Shown: positions 10,954 to 20,124 of the stretch, piece by piece
How the letters are laid out: each line of letters begins with the position of its first letter
Numbering within the stretch: the stretch's first letter is position 1
Virus record (IMG/VR): IMGVR_UViG_2595698668_000001
Location: 167,744-231,743 of that record
Reading direction: 5' to 3' (one strand)
Length of the DNA: 64,000 nt
Origin: a virus
Taxonomy: Duplodnaviria; Caudoviricetes
Position numbers and translations under genes: made by a program
The notes under the pieces: model-generated
The model's input: only the letters and a program-made list of their open reading frames with translations
Databases searched by the model: none
Told to the model about the DNA's origin: nothing

Positions 10954-12909
10954 TTAAATTACCACCGAGTTCATTTCAATTGTTGTGTATTGAGGACGTA
11001 GGTTATTCTCAAAAACGATCAATGTGCCATCCGACGGGAATATATTAAGTGAAGTTGGTTCACTATGTAATTCAATATATGCCGCAATAAACTGATCTGG
11101 GTCTTTATTGAGAACACCAAGGTCAAATGTGATTTGGTCTATTTCATAATTTATAGACCCAACTACATAGTATTTACTGCGCCCATCAATTACTTTCCTG
11201 TCAAAGTCGCTTCCGGTATATTCTTGAACACCGGATATATGACCAGCAGCAAAGGGTCCAACCAACATCAATCCAGTATTTACACTGTGTACACCAGACG
11301 GATCAGGAATATCGTTCTTCTTAGTACCAACATAATGAACATCATAACTTGTTGTTGTGTTATGGATATATTTTATTTCGGTGCTATAGATAGAACCTTC
11401 AACTAGGTCGTTATTGTACTGGATACCATTCATAGGACTAACTAGATAGTTGTCGATTTCTCGAACAAGTCCAATTTTTGTTTCCGTACCAAGAATAGAC
11501 ACATCAGTATTATCAATACGACTGTTCATTTTTGATGTATAGAAACCAGCATTGAAGATTTCAACCTCTTCCGTATAATAACGGTCTATGGAATTCAAGA
11601 TCTGACCTTGTAACCATTCTTCGGTTTGTGGGAGCTGGTTTATTGCGTAGGTAACCTTGGCATTGGTTTTCACATACATATAATTTGGACTATGAACAAC
11701 CGGTGTGATCGTACTAACGTTAAACGGTCTCAGATAGTTTTGGATGTCTTCTTTCTGAACAGTAGTCAGATATAAACCATCTTGAGGCTTTATCGCAATG
11801 AATGCATAACCCGGCTTTTCCGGGTTGGTATAACACTGGATAGCCTGAACAATGTTACCGAACCGACTGGATATGAAAGTTTCGTAATCGGAAGCAGTAA
11901 CACAACGACGCTGTGTCTCTCTCATTACCGGGCCTAGTGAACGAATACGTTCTATATCCTCAACTTCACCACCACCAATAGATCCAACATAATTCACATC
12001 GTTGATTCCGTCAGGATGAGTTGGGTTTTCTCTGATCTCTTCAACAACCAAGTTAGGAATTGTATCAACATAATCAAAACCACGAGAACCGTTAGCGGCG
12101 GTTCCTTTGGTGCTTATGTATTCCAAAACGATGGTATCACCTACAGAAGGCTTTAAACCACCAACGTAGTTACTGCGGAGCATACCGTTAGTATCAACGG
12201 TAGAGTCGCCTTCCCCGAAATATATTTCAGTGAAGCTATCAATTGTTTCTCGTTGATAAAAAACAGTCGAAGTACCACCAACACGAACAATCGGTTTATT
12301 AGACCAGTCTTCCCATTTAGCCCCGTTCACATAAACGTTAACATATCTACGGTCAATATTTGGATCCTGAATTACAATAGTTCCATCCTGACCAAACGTC
12401 ATTTGGTTTCTGATAATTCTACCCTGAACTAAGTTAAGATCGGTAATGTATCGTTTATCTATACCACGTATTACCTCAACATCTTCCCAAGTGACATAAT
12501 CATAAAATTCAACTTCTTCAATAGAAGCGGTAAATTTAGTACCCTTCGGAATTGTAATAGAACGAGGACTACTATCAATCGGGCTATAATACGCTTGGAT
12601 CTGTATCATATTAGTACTAGCACTCATACCCCAAGGCATATACCCATTGTCTTGTGCGTGTTGAACCACAGAAGAACGAAGGCGGGCTGTTTGGTTATAC
12701 CCTTCAAATAAAGCCCCGTTTGCAAATTGCTGATGATACAGCATAGCATAAGCCATCGATTCAATTAGAACAGTCAATCTTGACCCTTCAAAATCATAAT
12801 CTTTAAATTCATATTGGTTTTTAAAGAAATCCCGCAATCTGGTTTTGAAACCTTCAAAGGTACTCTCTTTGAATACGTTGGGGATTTCAACTGAGTTAAT
12901 ATTAGCCAT
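10954..12909 (-). CDS. 6: Baseplate wedge gp6
   Basis: EFKDYDFEGSRL, TARLRSSVVQHAQDNGY, QRRCVTASDY. Confidence 0.95.
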   Translation of the reverse strand: MANINSVEIPNVFKESTFEGFKTRLRDFFKNQYEFKDYDFEGSRLTVLIESMAYAMLYHQQFANGALFEGYNQTARLRSSVVQHAQDNGYMPWGMSASTNMIQIQAYYSPIDSSPRSITIPKGTKFTASIEEVEFYDYVTWEDVEVIRGIDKRYITDLNLVQGRIIRNQMTFGQDGTIVIQDPNIDRRYVNVYVNGAKWEDWSNKPIVRVGGTSTVFYQRETIDSFTEIYFGEGDSTVDTNGMLRSNYVGGLKPSVGDTIVLEYISTKGTAANGSRGFDYVDTIPNLVVEEIRENPTHPDGINDVNYVGSIGGGEVEDIERIRSLGPVMRETQRRCVTASDYETFISSRFGNIVQAIQCYTNPEKPGYAFIAIKPQDGLYLTTVQKEDIQNYLRPFNVSTITPVVHSPNYMYVKTNAKVTYAINQLPQTEEWLQGQILNSIDRYYTEEVEIFNAGFYTSKMNSRIDNTDVSILGTETKIGLVREIDNYLVSPMNGIQYNNDLVEGSIYSTEIKYIHNTTTSYDVHYVGTKKNDIPDPSGVHSVNTGLMLVGPFAAGHISGVQEYTGSDFDRKVIDGRSKYYVVGSINYEIDQITFDLGVLNKDPDQFIAAYIELHSEPTSLNIFPSDGTLIVFENNLRPQYTTIEMNSVVI

Positions 12910-13342
12910 TTGATAGTTCCATTTTTAGTTCAACAACAGTTGATAAATTTGTGATAAGAGAATAATAAATAGAAACTATATATTCGTTTCTGTCGTATAA
13001 AGGAACGACTTGTACCTGCCTCAATTTTACACGAGGTTCATAGTTTCTTATTGCATCATATATACTTCGTTCAACTGCACTAGTTGACGCATCATTCATT
13101 AATTCAAATAGTTCCGCACTGATATCACAGCCAAAATCAGGATCAAACGGTTTTTCTCGCTTCCTAGTTGCTATAATACCAGCCATTGACAATTGCACCG
13201 CACCGATATTCTGTGTCATAAGAACATCGTTTGTCTTTATATCACGACGAAAATTAGGGTCTATATCTGTATAATAGACAGTCTTCTCGTTGGTGATAAT
13301 TTTTAATCTGTTTCCAAAAAATCCAGCCATAATAAACCTCAA
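12902..13342 (-). CDS. 25: Baseplate wedge gp25
   Basis: YTDIDPNF, EKPFDPDFGCD, AIRNYEPRV. Confidence 0.92.
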   Translation of the reverse strand: MRFIMAGFFGNRLKIITNEKTVYYTDIDPNFRRDIKTNDVLMTQNIGAVQLSMAGIIATRKREKPFDPDFGCDISAELFELMNDASTSAVERSIYDAIRNYEPRVKLRQVQVVPLYDRNEYIVSIYYSLITNLSTVVELKMELSNG

Positions 13343-13641
13343 ACAACAAATACATTAGATGAACATTCCACAATAACTTCCCCTTCTGTACAAAGATCTG
13401 CTAATTGTGCAACCCGTTTCCCCTCGATGAATACTTTCGCACTACTGGCGATAACAAGCCCAGACTTCGGACTCGGATCATCACCGGGTTTTATGTGAGT
13501 AACCACCCTATCATCTTCTCTAACTAGAATTTGTTTTCCGTTAGCAAATACCGTGGTTGTGGTTCCAATAACCTGACTTGGTAACCAAGGCCCCGGTCCA
13601 ACAGTTTTTGCTCCATTTAATACTAAACCTGCCATTTTCAT
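13339..13641 (-). CDS. 5.4: PAAR-like spike tip protein gp5.4
   Basis: TVFANGK, KVFIEGK...AD, SSNVFV pattern; position after gp5/5.1. Confidence 0.8.
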   Translation of the reverse strand: MKMAGLVLNGAKTVGPGPWLPSQVIGTTTTVFANGKQILVREDDRVVTHIKPGDDPSPKSGLVIASSAKVFIEGKRVAQLADLCTEGEVIVECSSNVFVV

Positions 13642-14150
13642 ATCCCCAATTTTGGAAAAGGCCCAGATGAAGATACATACGCCCTAAATTTTGCAACCCA
13701 ACCATCAAAAGAACCTATGATAGTCATATTTATAGAATCACTAACTGTTTTTCTAACTGGTAGTACAGGATCTGTAATATCGTCATAAACCAACGTCTGT
13801 GTATAAGCAACAACCTTTTTTAATTCGCTTGGTGGATTAAATGCTACGAGGTCACAAGTAGTTGGTTCTGGTAAAGAAGCGAACGAATTTGTTTGTGATA
13901 TATGTAGAGATGTTCTATCTCTATACTTTAGAACCAAATCTACTTTTCCATCAAAATAGTCATTGACTTTCCCATGTAACCTGTTACCATCAAGAAAAAT
14001 CCCGTCTGGTGCTAGGTCTTCTGACGGAACTACCGCAAAACTCACAAGTTGTTCAGATGCGGTTAGTGTATAGCTAAACAAGCTATCCACGGAAGTTTCC
14101 CCATCAAAAATGGTTGATTTCCAGTTGGTAGGTGTGTTAATTTGCGCCAT
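13638..14150 (-). CDS. 5.1: gp5.1-like baseplate-region protein
   Basis: Likely start MAQINTP at 14150 downstream of CTAAATA; LKYRD, W..KFRAYV end; synteny. Confidence 0.7.
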   Translation of the reverse strand: MAQINTPTNWKSTIFDGETSVDSLFSYTLTASEQLVSFAVVPSEDLAPDGIFLDGNRLHGKVNDYFDGKVDLVLKYRDRTSLHISQTNSFASLPEPTTCDLVAFNPPSELKKVVAYTQTLVYDDITDPVLPVRKTVSDSINMTIIGSFDGWVAKFRAYVSSSGPFPKLGI

Positions 14151-14172
14151 ATAAAAATCCTCCATTATGGAG

Positions 14173-14179
14173 TATTTAG
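14173..14179 (-). promoter_or_regulatory. Late promoter CTAAATA for the 5.1-8 operon
   Basis: Heptamer upstream of GGAGG RBS and ATG 14150. Confidence 0.7.
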
Positions 14180-14208
14180 GGTTGTTCATATAAAATAGAG
14201 GGTATAGT

Positions 14209-14577
14209 ATGCTAATGTGCAATAAATTCAAATTCAAAAACGAAGAAGCAATGGAAAAATTTATACGGCTTGGAAAAAAAGATGACAACGAAGAAAACAA
14301 TCGTATCATAGCGGAAACACTCGGTATGGATATCTTTTTTGTCGATGAAAAACAGGCAGATGAAATCTATAAAATAGAAGGATATGAAAATCTAAATGAA
14401 TTCAGCCCAATCTTTACTTCGAAAGAGATGAAAGAATGCCTTATGATAGCCGAATCAGATGATGAGGAATCGTATGAACCTCCGAAGGTAAACAAAACCA
14501 AAAATGATTTATTGGTTTTGCGTAAAGAACTGATGAAGCAAGTACATCGAATTGATGAAATGTTGGAATCTCTATAA
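14209..14577 (+). CDS. Hypothetical protein (antisense insert in baseplate cluster)
   Basis: ORF with GAGG RBS; FKFKN..A N-terminal motif shared with several early ORFs. Confidence 0.7.
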   Translation: MLMCNKFKFKNEEAMEKFIRLGKKDDNEENNRIIAETLGMDIFFVDEKQADEIYKIEGYENLNEFSPIFTSKEMKECLMIAESDDEESYEPPKVNKTKNDLLVLRKELMKQVHRIDEMLESL

Positions 14578-14589
14578 GGGGAAATAAAT

Positions 14590-14865
14590 ATGAAACTAAT
14601 TTATGTAGGAACTAATTTTGCTGGTTTTAAAGAAAATCAGGTTCATAATTTTCGAGTTCGTCGAGAACTAAAAAACTTTATCGAAAAGAACTTTGATAAA
14701 GTGGAAGATGAAGAACTTCTGATGGAAGTAAAGATGAAAGAAACCATTTATTGGGATTTCTGTCCATATGAACTTGATGTAGGTAGTGGCACTCTATCTT
14801 TTGTGTGGGGACTTGAAAAAGAAGCACTCCAAGAATATATCAAACAAAGCGCCGACGACATCTAA
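14590..14865 (+). CDS. Hypothetical protein
   Basis: ORF with RBS; ends at the bidirectional terminator. Confidence 0.7.
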   Translation: MKLIYVGTNFAGFKENQVHNFRVRRELKNFIEKNFDKVEDEELLMEVKMKETIYWDFCPYELDVGSGTLSFVWGLEKEALQEYIKQSADDI

Positions 14866-14868
14866 AAC

Positions 14869-14897
14869 AAAAGGGATCCCGATGTGGGATCCCTTTT
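14869..14897. terminator. Bidirectional terminator between the insert and gene 5
   Basis: AAAA-GGGATCCC-GATGT-GGGATCCC-TTTT. Confidence 0.8.
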
Positions 14898-14899
14898 CG

Positions 14900-16738
14900 T
14901 TAGTTAATACTAACAGTAGAACCACTAATCTCGGTCGTACCTTGAGAGGTAATAAGAGATTGAGCAGCTTGCGATTTATAGCTACCAGATACAGTTACTG
15001 TATAATCACCCAAAACGTTAAGATTCATATCACCCTCAACATTCTGATTGCAGTTACCTTGAACTGTTGCAGTTAGATTCCCTTCTATGTCACTAACAAC
15101 ATCACCGCCTACAGATAGGGTCACATCGGCGTCTATACGCGATTCTAAGCCACCGTTAACAGTTTGCTTAACGTTCCCCTTCACCGACTGTTCAACGTTG
15201 CCATAGACCGATTCAGACACATTTCCTTTGACAACCTGAGTCAAGTTTCCATCAACTTGCTGGGTACAGTTTCCCATAACGTATACGGTCGCGTTACCTT
15301 CAACAACTACCTGATAATCACCCTTTACGTTGATCATCCTGTTTGCCATATCGATAACATAGTCGTCACCCATAACTTTGTTTACTTGACGACCACCACC
15401 AGAGATCTCAATATAGGTTCCTGATGTATGTTTCAGGTTATATCGTTCTTTCCCCGGAGTATCGTCAAATTCCTGAATGTGACCACTCTCCGATTCATAT
15501 ACATGGTTATATGGGTATTCAGCAGCATATGCGCTTGGTGGTTCTTCGAAAAGAAGACCATCGGTGCGAGGCGGTGGCGGAACGGACGGATCATCTGGGT
15601 CGATTTCATCAGCAAAAACAACCGGAGAGGACAATGCCATAATAGAACGCTTCATTCTTCCTGATATTGGGGGAATGGGTGGTTCCTCTGGTTTTGGTTT
15701 GACACCGTAAGACTCTAGGTTTCCGGTTAAAATAATCTTGGCGACACGATTCGCTCTCCCCGGAGTTTGTCTAGCCCAAAGAGAGTCAAGCATACCATTA
15801 TATGCATCCCGCCAACGTTCTTCATACATAGCGTTTAGCGTATTTTTGAATTTTGCTAATCCGCCAGCTCCCATCTGAAACGCCATATTTTCTAAAGCCA
15901 TTTGACGACTTCTATTTTCCTTGACGTAGACACGACGTATATTTTCGAATCTCATCATATCGGCACGAGTCTTTTGAATGTCCTCGTTAAACAGCTTTGT
16001 AACGTCTTCTGGGGAGATTACACCACCTTGCACAGGATGACCTAACTGTTGAGTTAGAATCGCATCTATACGGGCTACGTTTCGTGTATTCTCATGTATG
16101 ATTAAATGACCAATACCTATGGTTGGATATCCAAGGGAATCAAGATACCATTTGTTCCTAACCCCTTCATCACCCTTCAACATTTTTTCAATTGTGAAAT
16201 CCGGATCATCATCTGCGATTGCATCTTCAAATGATTTGTCATCAGGGGCTAATGCACCAGAAGTATTTTCATCCTGAGTATAAACCGATAACGGCTTCCC
16301 ATCAATAGAAACTGGTGCCGTTCCATGGATTCCATCCCCTTTTTGTCCACCACCGGCTAATATATTAACGTCATTACCAATATAACGAGGATATTGACCG
16401 GTTGGGTCACAGAAACCCCGCAGAGTATTTGGTTTCTGGACATAGGATCCGGGTATAGAAAAAAGTATTAAACCATCCTGTTTAAACTCATCCTTGAAAA
16501 CCCCCATAACCCATACACCCTCTACTAGGTTTGTTGGGCTATTTCCTACACCAGATATAGAGGCTGAATCCGTTGATGTGGCACAACGCATCCAAAGAAG
16601 TTCATCAGTAGGTATACCAATTAAATCATCTTTTGATTTTTGATCTGTGTGGTATCCCATCACACGAACTCTATATCTCCCTTGACTAAGAGGATCAAAC
16701 CGATCCTCTACAACTCCAAAAAAGAATTCAAATTTCAT
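14900..16738 (-). CDS. 5: Baseplate spike/tail lysozyme gp5
   Basis: OB-fold (FFGVVEDRFDPL..GR.RVR), T4-lysozyme domain (DEG...D..GYPTIGIGH), YPYNHVYESESGH, V.GN beta-helix repeats. Confidence 0.97.
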   Translation of the reverse strand: MKFEFFFGVVEDRFDPLSQGRYRVRVMGYHTDQKSKDDLIGIPTDELLWMRCATSTDSASISGVGNSPTNLVEGVWVMGVFKDEFKQDGLILFSIPGSYVQKPNTLRGFCDPTGQYPRYIGNDVNILAGGGQKGDGIHGTAPVSIDGKPLSVYTQDENTSGALAPDDKSFEDAIADDDPDFTIEKMLKGDEGVRNKWYLDSLGYPTIGIGHLIIHENTRNVARIDAILTQQLGHPVQGGVISPEDVTKLFNEDIQKTRADMMRFENIRRVYVKENRSRQMALENMAFQMGAGGLAKFKNTLNAMYEERWRDAYNGMLDSLWARQTPGRANRVAKIILTGNLESYGVKPKPEEPPIPPISGRMKRSIMALSSPVVFADEIDPDDPSVPPPPRTDGLLFEEPPSAYAAEYPYNHVYESESGHIQEFDDTPGKERYNLKHTSGTYIEISGGGRQVNKVMGDDYVIDMANRMINVKGDYQVVVEGNATVYVMGNCTQQVDGNLTQVVKGNVSESVYGNVEQSVKGNVKQTVNGGLESRIDADVTLSVGGDVVSDIEGNLTATVQGNCNQNVEGDMNLNVLGDYTVTVSGSYKSQAAQSLITSQGTTEISGSTVSIN

Positions 16739-17973
16739 TGTATATCCTTCCCTCTAGTATCGGAATCAGATATCAATTCTAAGTTCATGATATAAGAGCC
16801 CTGTGTACAGACATGATTTATTGAGTTGATAAGCCAGCGTCCTGCATCTTTTGATGTCATTTCACCATTCATATCACCCGCAATAATATTTACCACTTGA
16901 CCACAACTCAGGTCCGAATTACCGGCAACTTGGATAAGCATTCTTTTTGCGTTTAGTGATGTTCGGTTTGTTGCTCTTATACCAAGAGAGTTACCATTAG
17001 AACCCATATTGATATACTTATACATCTGATCTTCTGTTGTGAAATAAACACAAGCATTTCTTTCTGGTTTTATATCACCACCAAACCATGGCTCTGGGTT
17101 TAGTGTTGGATATACATCTTTTACAGACGTATAATCCTGATAACTATTTGTATAAAGCTTTTTATCCAAAGACATCGAATGAACGTTAACGCCAAGACCA
17201 CCATTCCTATATTGTTCTGGTATGTTGTATCCCTTAACACGCTGCATCTTGATTATCTTGTTATACATTGTCGTGTCGTGGGTTGCTTCAAATATCAGAT
17301 CGACTACAGGGTCTCCAACCATCATTGATGTACCAGTTCTGAATTTGGCTCCATCTACATCCTCATAAAAATAGAAATTACTATCACCCTTTGAATTAAC
17401 ATCTGATGATTGTGCAGAAGAAGCCAAGAAATTAATAACTGATATCGGTGTTAAATTTGGAATTACAATATCCCGGTTATAAAGCGTTGGTTCAACAAAT
17501 ATAGTTTCATCAGTGAATCCAATCACCCGGAGCATATCAGAAACTATTGCATGAATGGATGTCCCTTTATAGCTTTTACTGATCCGACTGTATTCATTCT
17601 TATGGTCTTGTTCGGATACAAGATGAAGCCTTACAAACTTTTGGGTTTGTGTATTTGGGTTTGTAATATCTTCATAACGAGTAACCTTGAATATTTTAGA
17701 ATACGTTTTTGCATCAGTTCCGTTTAAATGGACAGACCTAAAACTTATTTGTACCTTCTCATCACCTCTTGGATTAATTGAGTTTATTAAATTCATGAAA
17801 TCAACAAATTCAAGGGTGCCTTTCAGCAACCCTTGACTAATCCCTTCATATATGGAGAAGGATTTGAATATATCAGTTATATCAAACCCTTCACTATCCA
17901 AGCTTTGAAAGAAAACAATACGCTCAATGGTAAAGTTTTCATACGCCGCCGTACTGCGTCTACTTATTCCCAC
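16735..17973 (-). CDS. 27: Baseplate hub gp27
   Basis: 412 aa; FSIYE...GTL.FVD, FYFYED..G..F, VAGNSDLSCG, GRWLINSINH hub motifs. Confidence 0.75.
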   Translation of the reverse strand: MGISRRSTAAYENFTIERIVFFQSLDSEGFDITDIFKSFSIYEGISQGLLKGTLEFVDFMNLINSINPRGDEKVQISFRSVHLNGTDAKTYSKIFKVTRYEDITNPNTQTQKFVRLHLVSEQDHKNEYSRISKSYKGTSIHAIVSDMLRVIGFTDETIFVEPTLYNRDIVIPNLTPISVINFLASSAQSSDVNSKGDSNFYFYEDVDGAKFRTGTSMMVGDPVVDLIFEATHDTTMYNKIIKMQRVKGYNIPEQYRNGGLGVNVHSMSLDKKLYTNSYQDYTSVKDVYPTLNPEPWFGGDIKPERNACVYFTTEDQMYKYINMGSNGNSLGIRATNRTSLNAKRMLIQVAGNSDLSCGQVVNIIAGDMNGEMTSKDAGRWLINSINHVCTQGSYIMNLELISDSDTRGKDIQ

Positions 17974-18526
17974 GGATACGCTCCATTAATCTTGTATATT
18001 CATCCATAAACCTACCCAGATCAGACGGATTTAAAACGTTTATGGTTCTCTTGGATTCGTTGGTTGCTAATTCATGTTCTATAGCAGTAACAGGGACTAA
18101 AGTCCCGGTATGCTGTTTATATAGATGAGCGGTATCCCCTTCATCATACCAAACACCAGAACCAACAGGATATTCTTTCATACGAAAATACATCTCACCA
18201 TTTTCATCAATATGATATAAAACAGTTCCCTCTTTTGCTGGAAGGTTTTTATATTTTTGTGCTGTATATTGATGAACTATTTCTTCCTCACATATCCAAT
18301 CATAAAAAGGATCGTATACTTGGTTAAGAAATAGTAGGATCCAATAATATTTCGTATCCCCATATAAATCATAGGAAACAACTTCTGGTCTGGGAGAACC
18401 AGATACGATATATTTTCTTACAATGAATTTGCTCAAAATATCATCAAAATAGTTACCATGTGGACGAAATATATCAGCAGTTGGTGCCCCATTATATTTT
18501 ATAGGGGGGAAATAGTTAAATAACAT
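17960..18526 (-). CDS. 53: Baseplate wedge gp53
   Basis: MLFNYFPPIKY, PRPEVVSYDLYG...YWILL..N...DPFYDW. Confidence 0.93.
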   Translation of the reverse strand: MLFNYFPPIKYNGAPTADIFRPHGNYFDDILSKFIVRKYIVSGSPRPEVVSYDLYGDTKYYWILLFLNQVYDPFYDWICEEEIVHQYTAQKYKNLPAKEGTVLYHIDENGEMYFRMKEYPVGSGVWYDEGDTAHLYKQHTGTLVPVTAIEHELATNESKRTINVLNPSDLGRFMDEYTRLMERIRGNK

Positions 18527-19584
18527 TATCTCTTACCTCCATACGATCCGAAGAAGAATTCACCAGAATCGGGATTACCCAAATCTGATGTAAGAGCTTC
18601 CCAGTAATCGCGATAAACCGGACGAAGTTCTGTAACAGTGATTTCTAGATCTATTGCAACAGAATCAGCAGCCGTTGACGCGAATGTATCATATATTTGG
18701 TCTGGGGTTTTGTTGATCCGGATATTACTAATACCGGCTGGACCCATTGCAAATTTAGGTGTAAATCTAATCTTCTGTTCTTGACTTTGACTTACCCTTT
18801 CCTCGATAAACCATAGAGGGGGAACTTCTAGATAAGTATACCCTTCCCCAGCTCCGAGTTCTGAATCCGTACCAATTCCAAGAGAAGCAAGATCTACAGC
18901 CCCTTTGTTTTCAGCAGCACTAAGAACCATAAAAGTTTTGATTATTTGCCCAACCTCTTTTAATTCTGCCATAGATCTTGGTCGGAATTGAAATATAAAT
19001 GTTTGGGAACGTACACCAGTACCACGATACATTTGAGCGGCTCGGTCACCAAGCAAATTACCAGTCACCTGAGAATTATATCGTTGTGCAATACCACCAG
19101 TAGAGACAATGACCTTTTGAGCCATTGCGTTTACAACGGCTTTGCCGCCGTTTGCAATACTATCCAATGTACCATCTCTTTCTGATGCGTTAGCTTGATA
19201 GTTCATAACTATATCTTGAAGGAATCCACCATCATTATCTTCATAATTATGACTAATGTTTTCGTTCATGTTTGGCATATATAACTGAATAACTGCTAGG
19301 GTTTCTTCGTTGAATTTACCCTTAACAGACCTCATAGAACGTTCGTGGATATCACTATTTTTAAGCCCCCCATTTGTTGGTTTTACGGCATAGAAAACTA
19401 GATAAGAAGAGTGTTTGTTGTCACTACCCTTCATGGTTAATGGGTACTGCAAAGCCTTTATACCGGGTTTCTTAGAGTTTTTATTTTCTATAATAAGATC
19501 TGTTCCCTCTGACTTAGTGTCAGTGAGTGGGTTGAAACTACCACCGGTAGCTCGGTTAACCCCATTGAGAATATTAACTTTCAT
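18526..19584 (-). CDS. 48: Baseplate tail-tube cap gp48
   Basis: LQYPL, IQLYMP, QMYRG...RSQTFIFQFRPRS..E...V..II, PPLWFI. Confidence 0.85.
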   Translation of the reverse strand: MKVNILNGVNRATGGSFNPLTDTKSEGTDLIIENKNSKKPGIKALQYPLTMKGSDNKHSSYLVFYAVKPTNGGLKNSDIHERSMRSVKGKFNEETLAVIQLYMPNMNENISHNYEDNDGGFLQDIVMNYQANASERDGTLDSIANGGKAVVNAMAQKVIVSTGGIAQRYNSQVTGNLLGDRAAQMYRGTGVRSQTFIFQFRPRSMAELKEVGQIIKTFMVLSAAENKGAVDLASLGIGTDSELGAGEGYTYLEVPPLWFIEERVSQSQEQKIRFTPKFAMGPAGISNIRINKTPDQIYDTFASTAADSVAIDLEITVTELRPVYRDYWEALTSDLGNPDSGEFFFGSYGGKR

Positions 19585-19609
19585 TTTTAAACCTCATGTT
19601 GTTTACTTG

Positions 19610-19632
19610 TATTTAGGGGCAAACCCTAAATA
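19610..19632. promoter_or_regulatory. Divergent pair of late promoters (CTAAATA on each strand)
   Basis: TATTTAGGG-GCAAA-CCCTAAATA between divergent genes 48 and 4. Confidence 0.75.
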
Positions 19633-19653
19633 AAACAAATAGGAGAATTTATT

Positions 19654-20124
19654 ATGGCCGGAAATAACACATACAAAGGTCAATACTTTGTAAAGAATAG
19701 AGAAAAATATAAAGGTGATCCAAAAAAGGTTACCTACCGTAGTTCGTGGGAAAAGTATATAATGGAGATGCTGGATAATAATCCAGACGTTAGATATTGG
19801 AATAGTGAATGTATGGTTATTCCGTATTTTTCTAATGCAGATGGAAAGAAACGACGTTATTTTATGGATATGTGGATACAGTGGTCTGACGGTTCTATTT
19901 CTCTCTGGGAAGTTAAGCCTAAAAAAGAATGCTTTCCACCAGTACCACCAAAAAGGAATACATTAAAAGCAAAAAATGCTTATATTCAAGCTGTGTATAC
20001 ATGGCAAGTCAATAACGACAAATGGAAAACCACCGCAGAATTATGCAAGAAAAAAGGGTGGAGATTTAATATAATTAATGAGGACTCATTGAAAGCAATG
20101 GGTTTCAAAGGACTTACTAAATGA
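19654..20124 (+). CDS. 4: Head completion protein gp4 (TnsA-like nuclease fold)
   Basis: KYKGDPKKVTYRSSWE, WNSE, RRYFMD, EVKPK. Confidence 0.95.
   Translation: MAGNNTYKGQYFVKNREKYKGDPKKVTYRSSWEKYIMEMLDNNPDVRYWNSECMVIPYFSNADGKKRRYFMDMWIQWSDGSISLWEVKPKKECFPPVPPKRNTLKAKNAYIQAVYTWQVNNDKWKTTAELCKKKGWRFNIINEDSLKAMGFKGLTK

Noticed and set aside
14869-14897. Same GGGATCCC terminator arms here and at 38555-38585, both after lysozyme-domain genes
   Set aside because: Short palindromic arms are adequately explained as ordinary bidirectional terminators
1692-15664. Many plus-strand ORFs of 60-260 aa overlapping baseplate genes (e.g. 1756-2415, 3340-4122, 9549-10025)
   Set aside because: Antisense shadows of well-conserved minus-strand genes; no RBS or recognisable motifs
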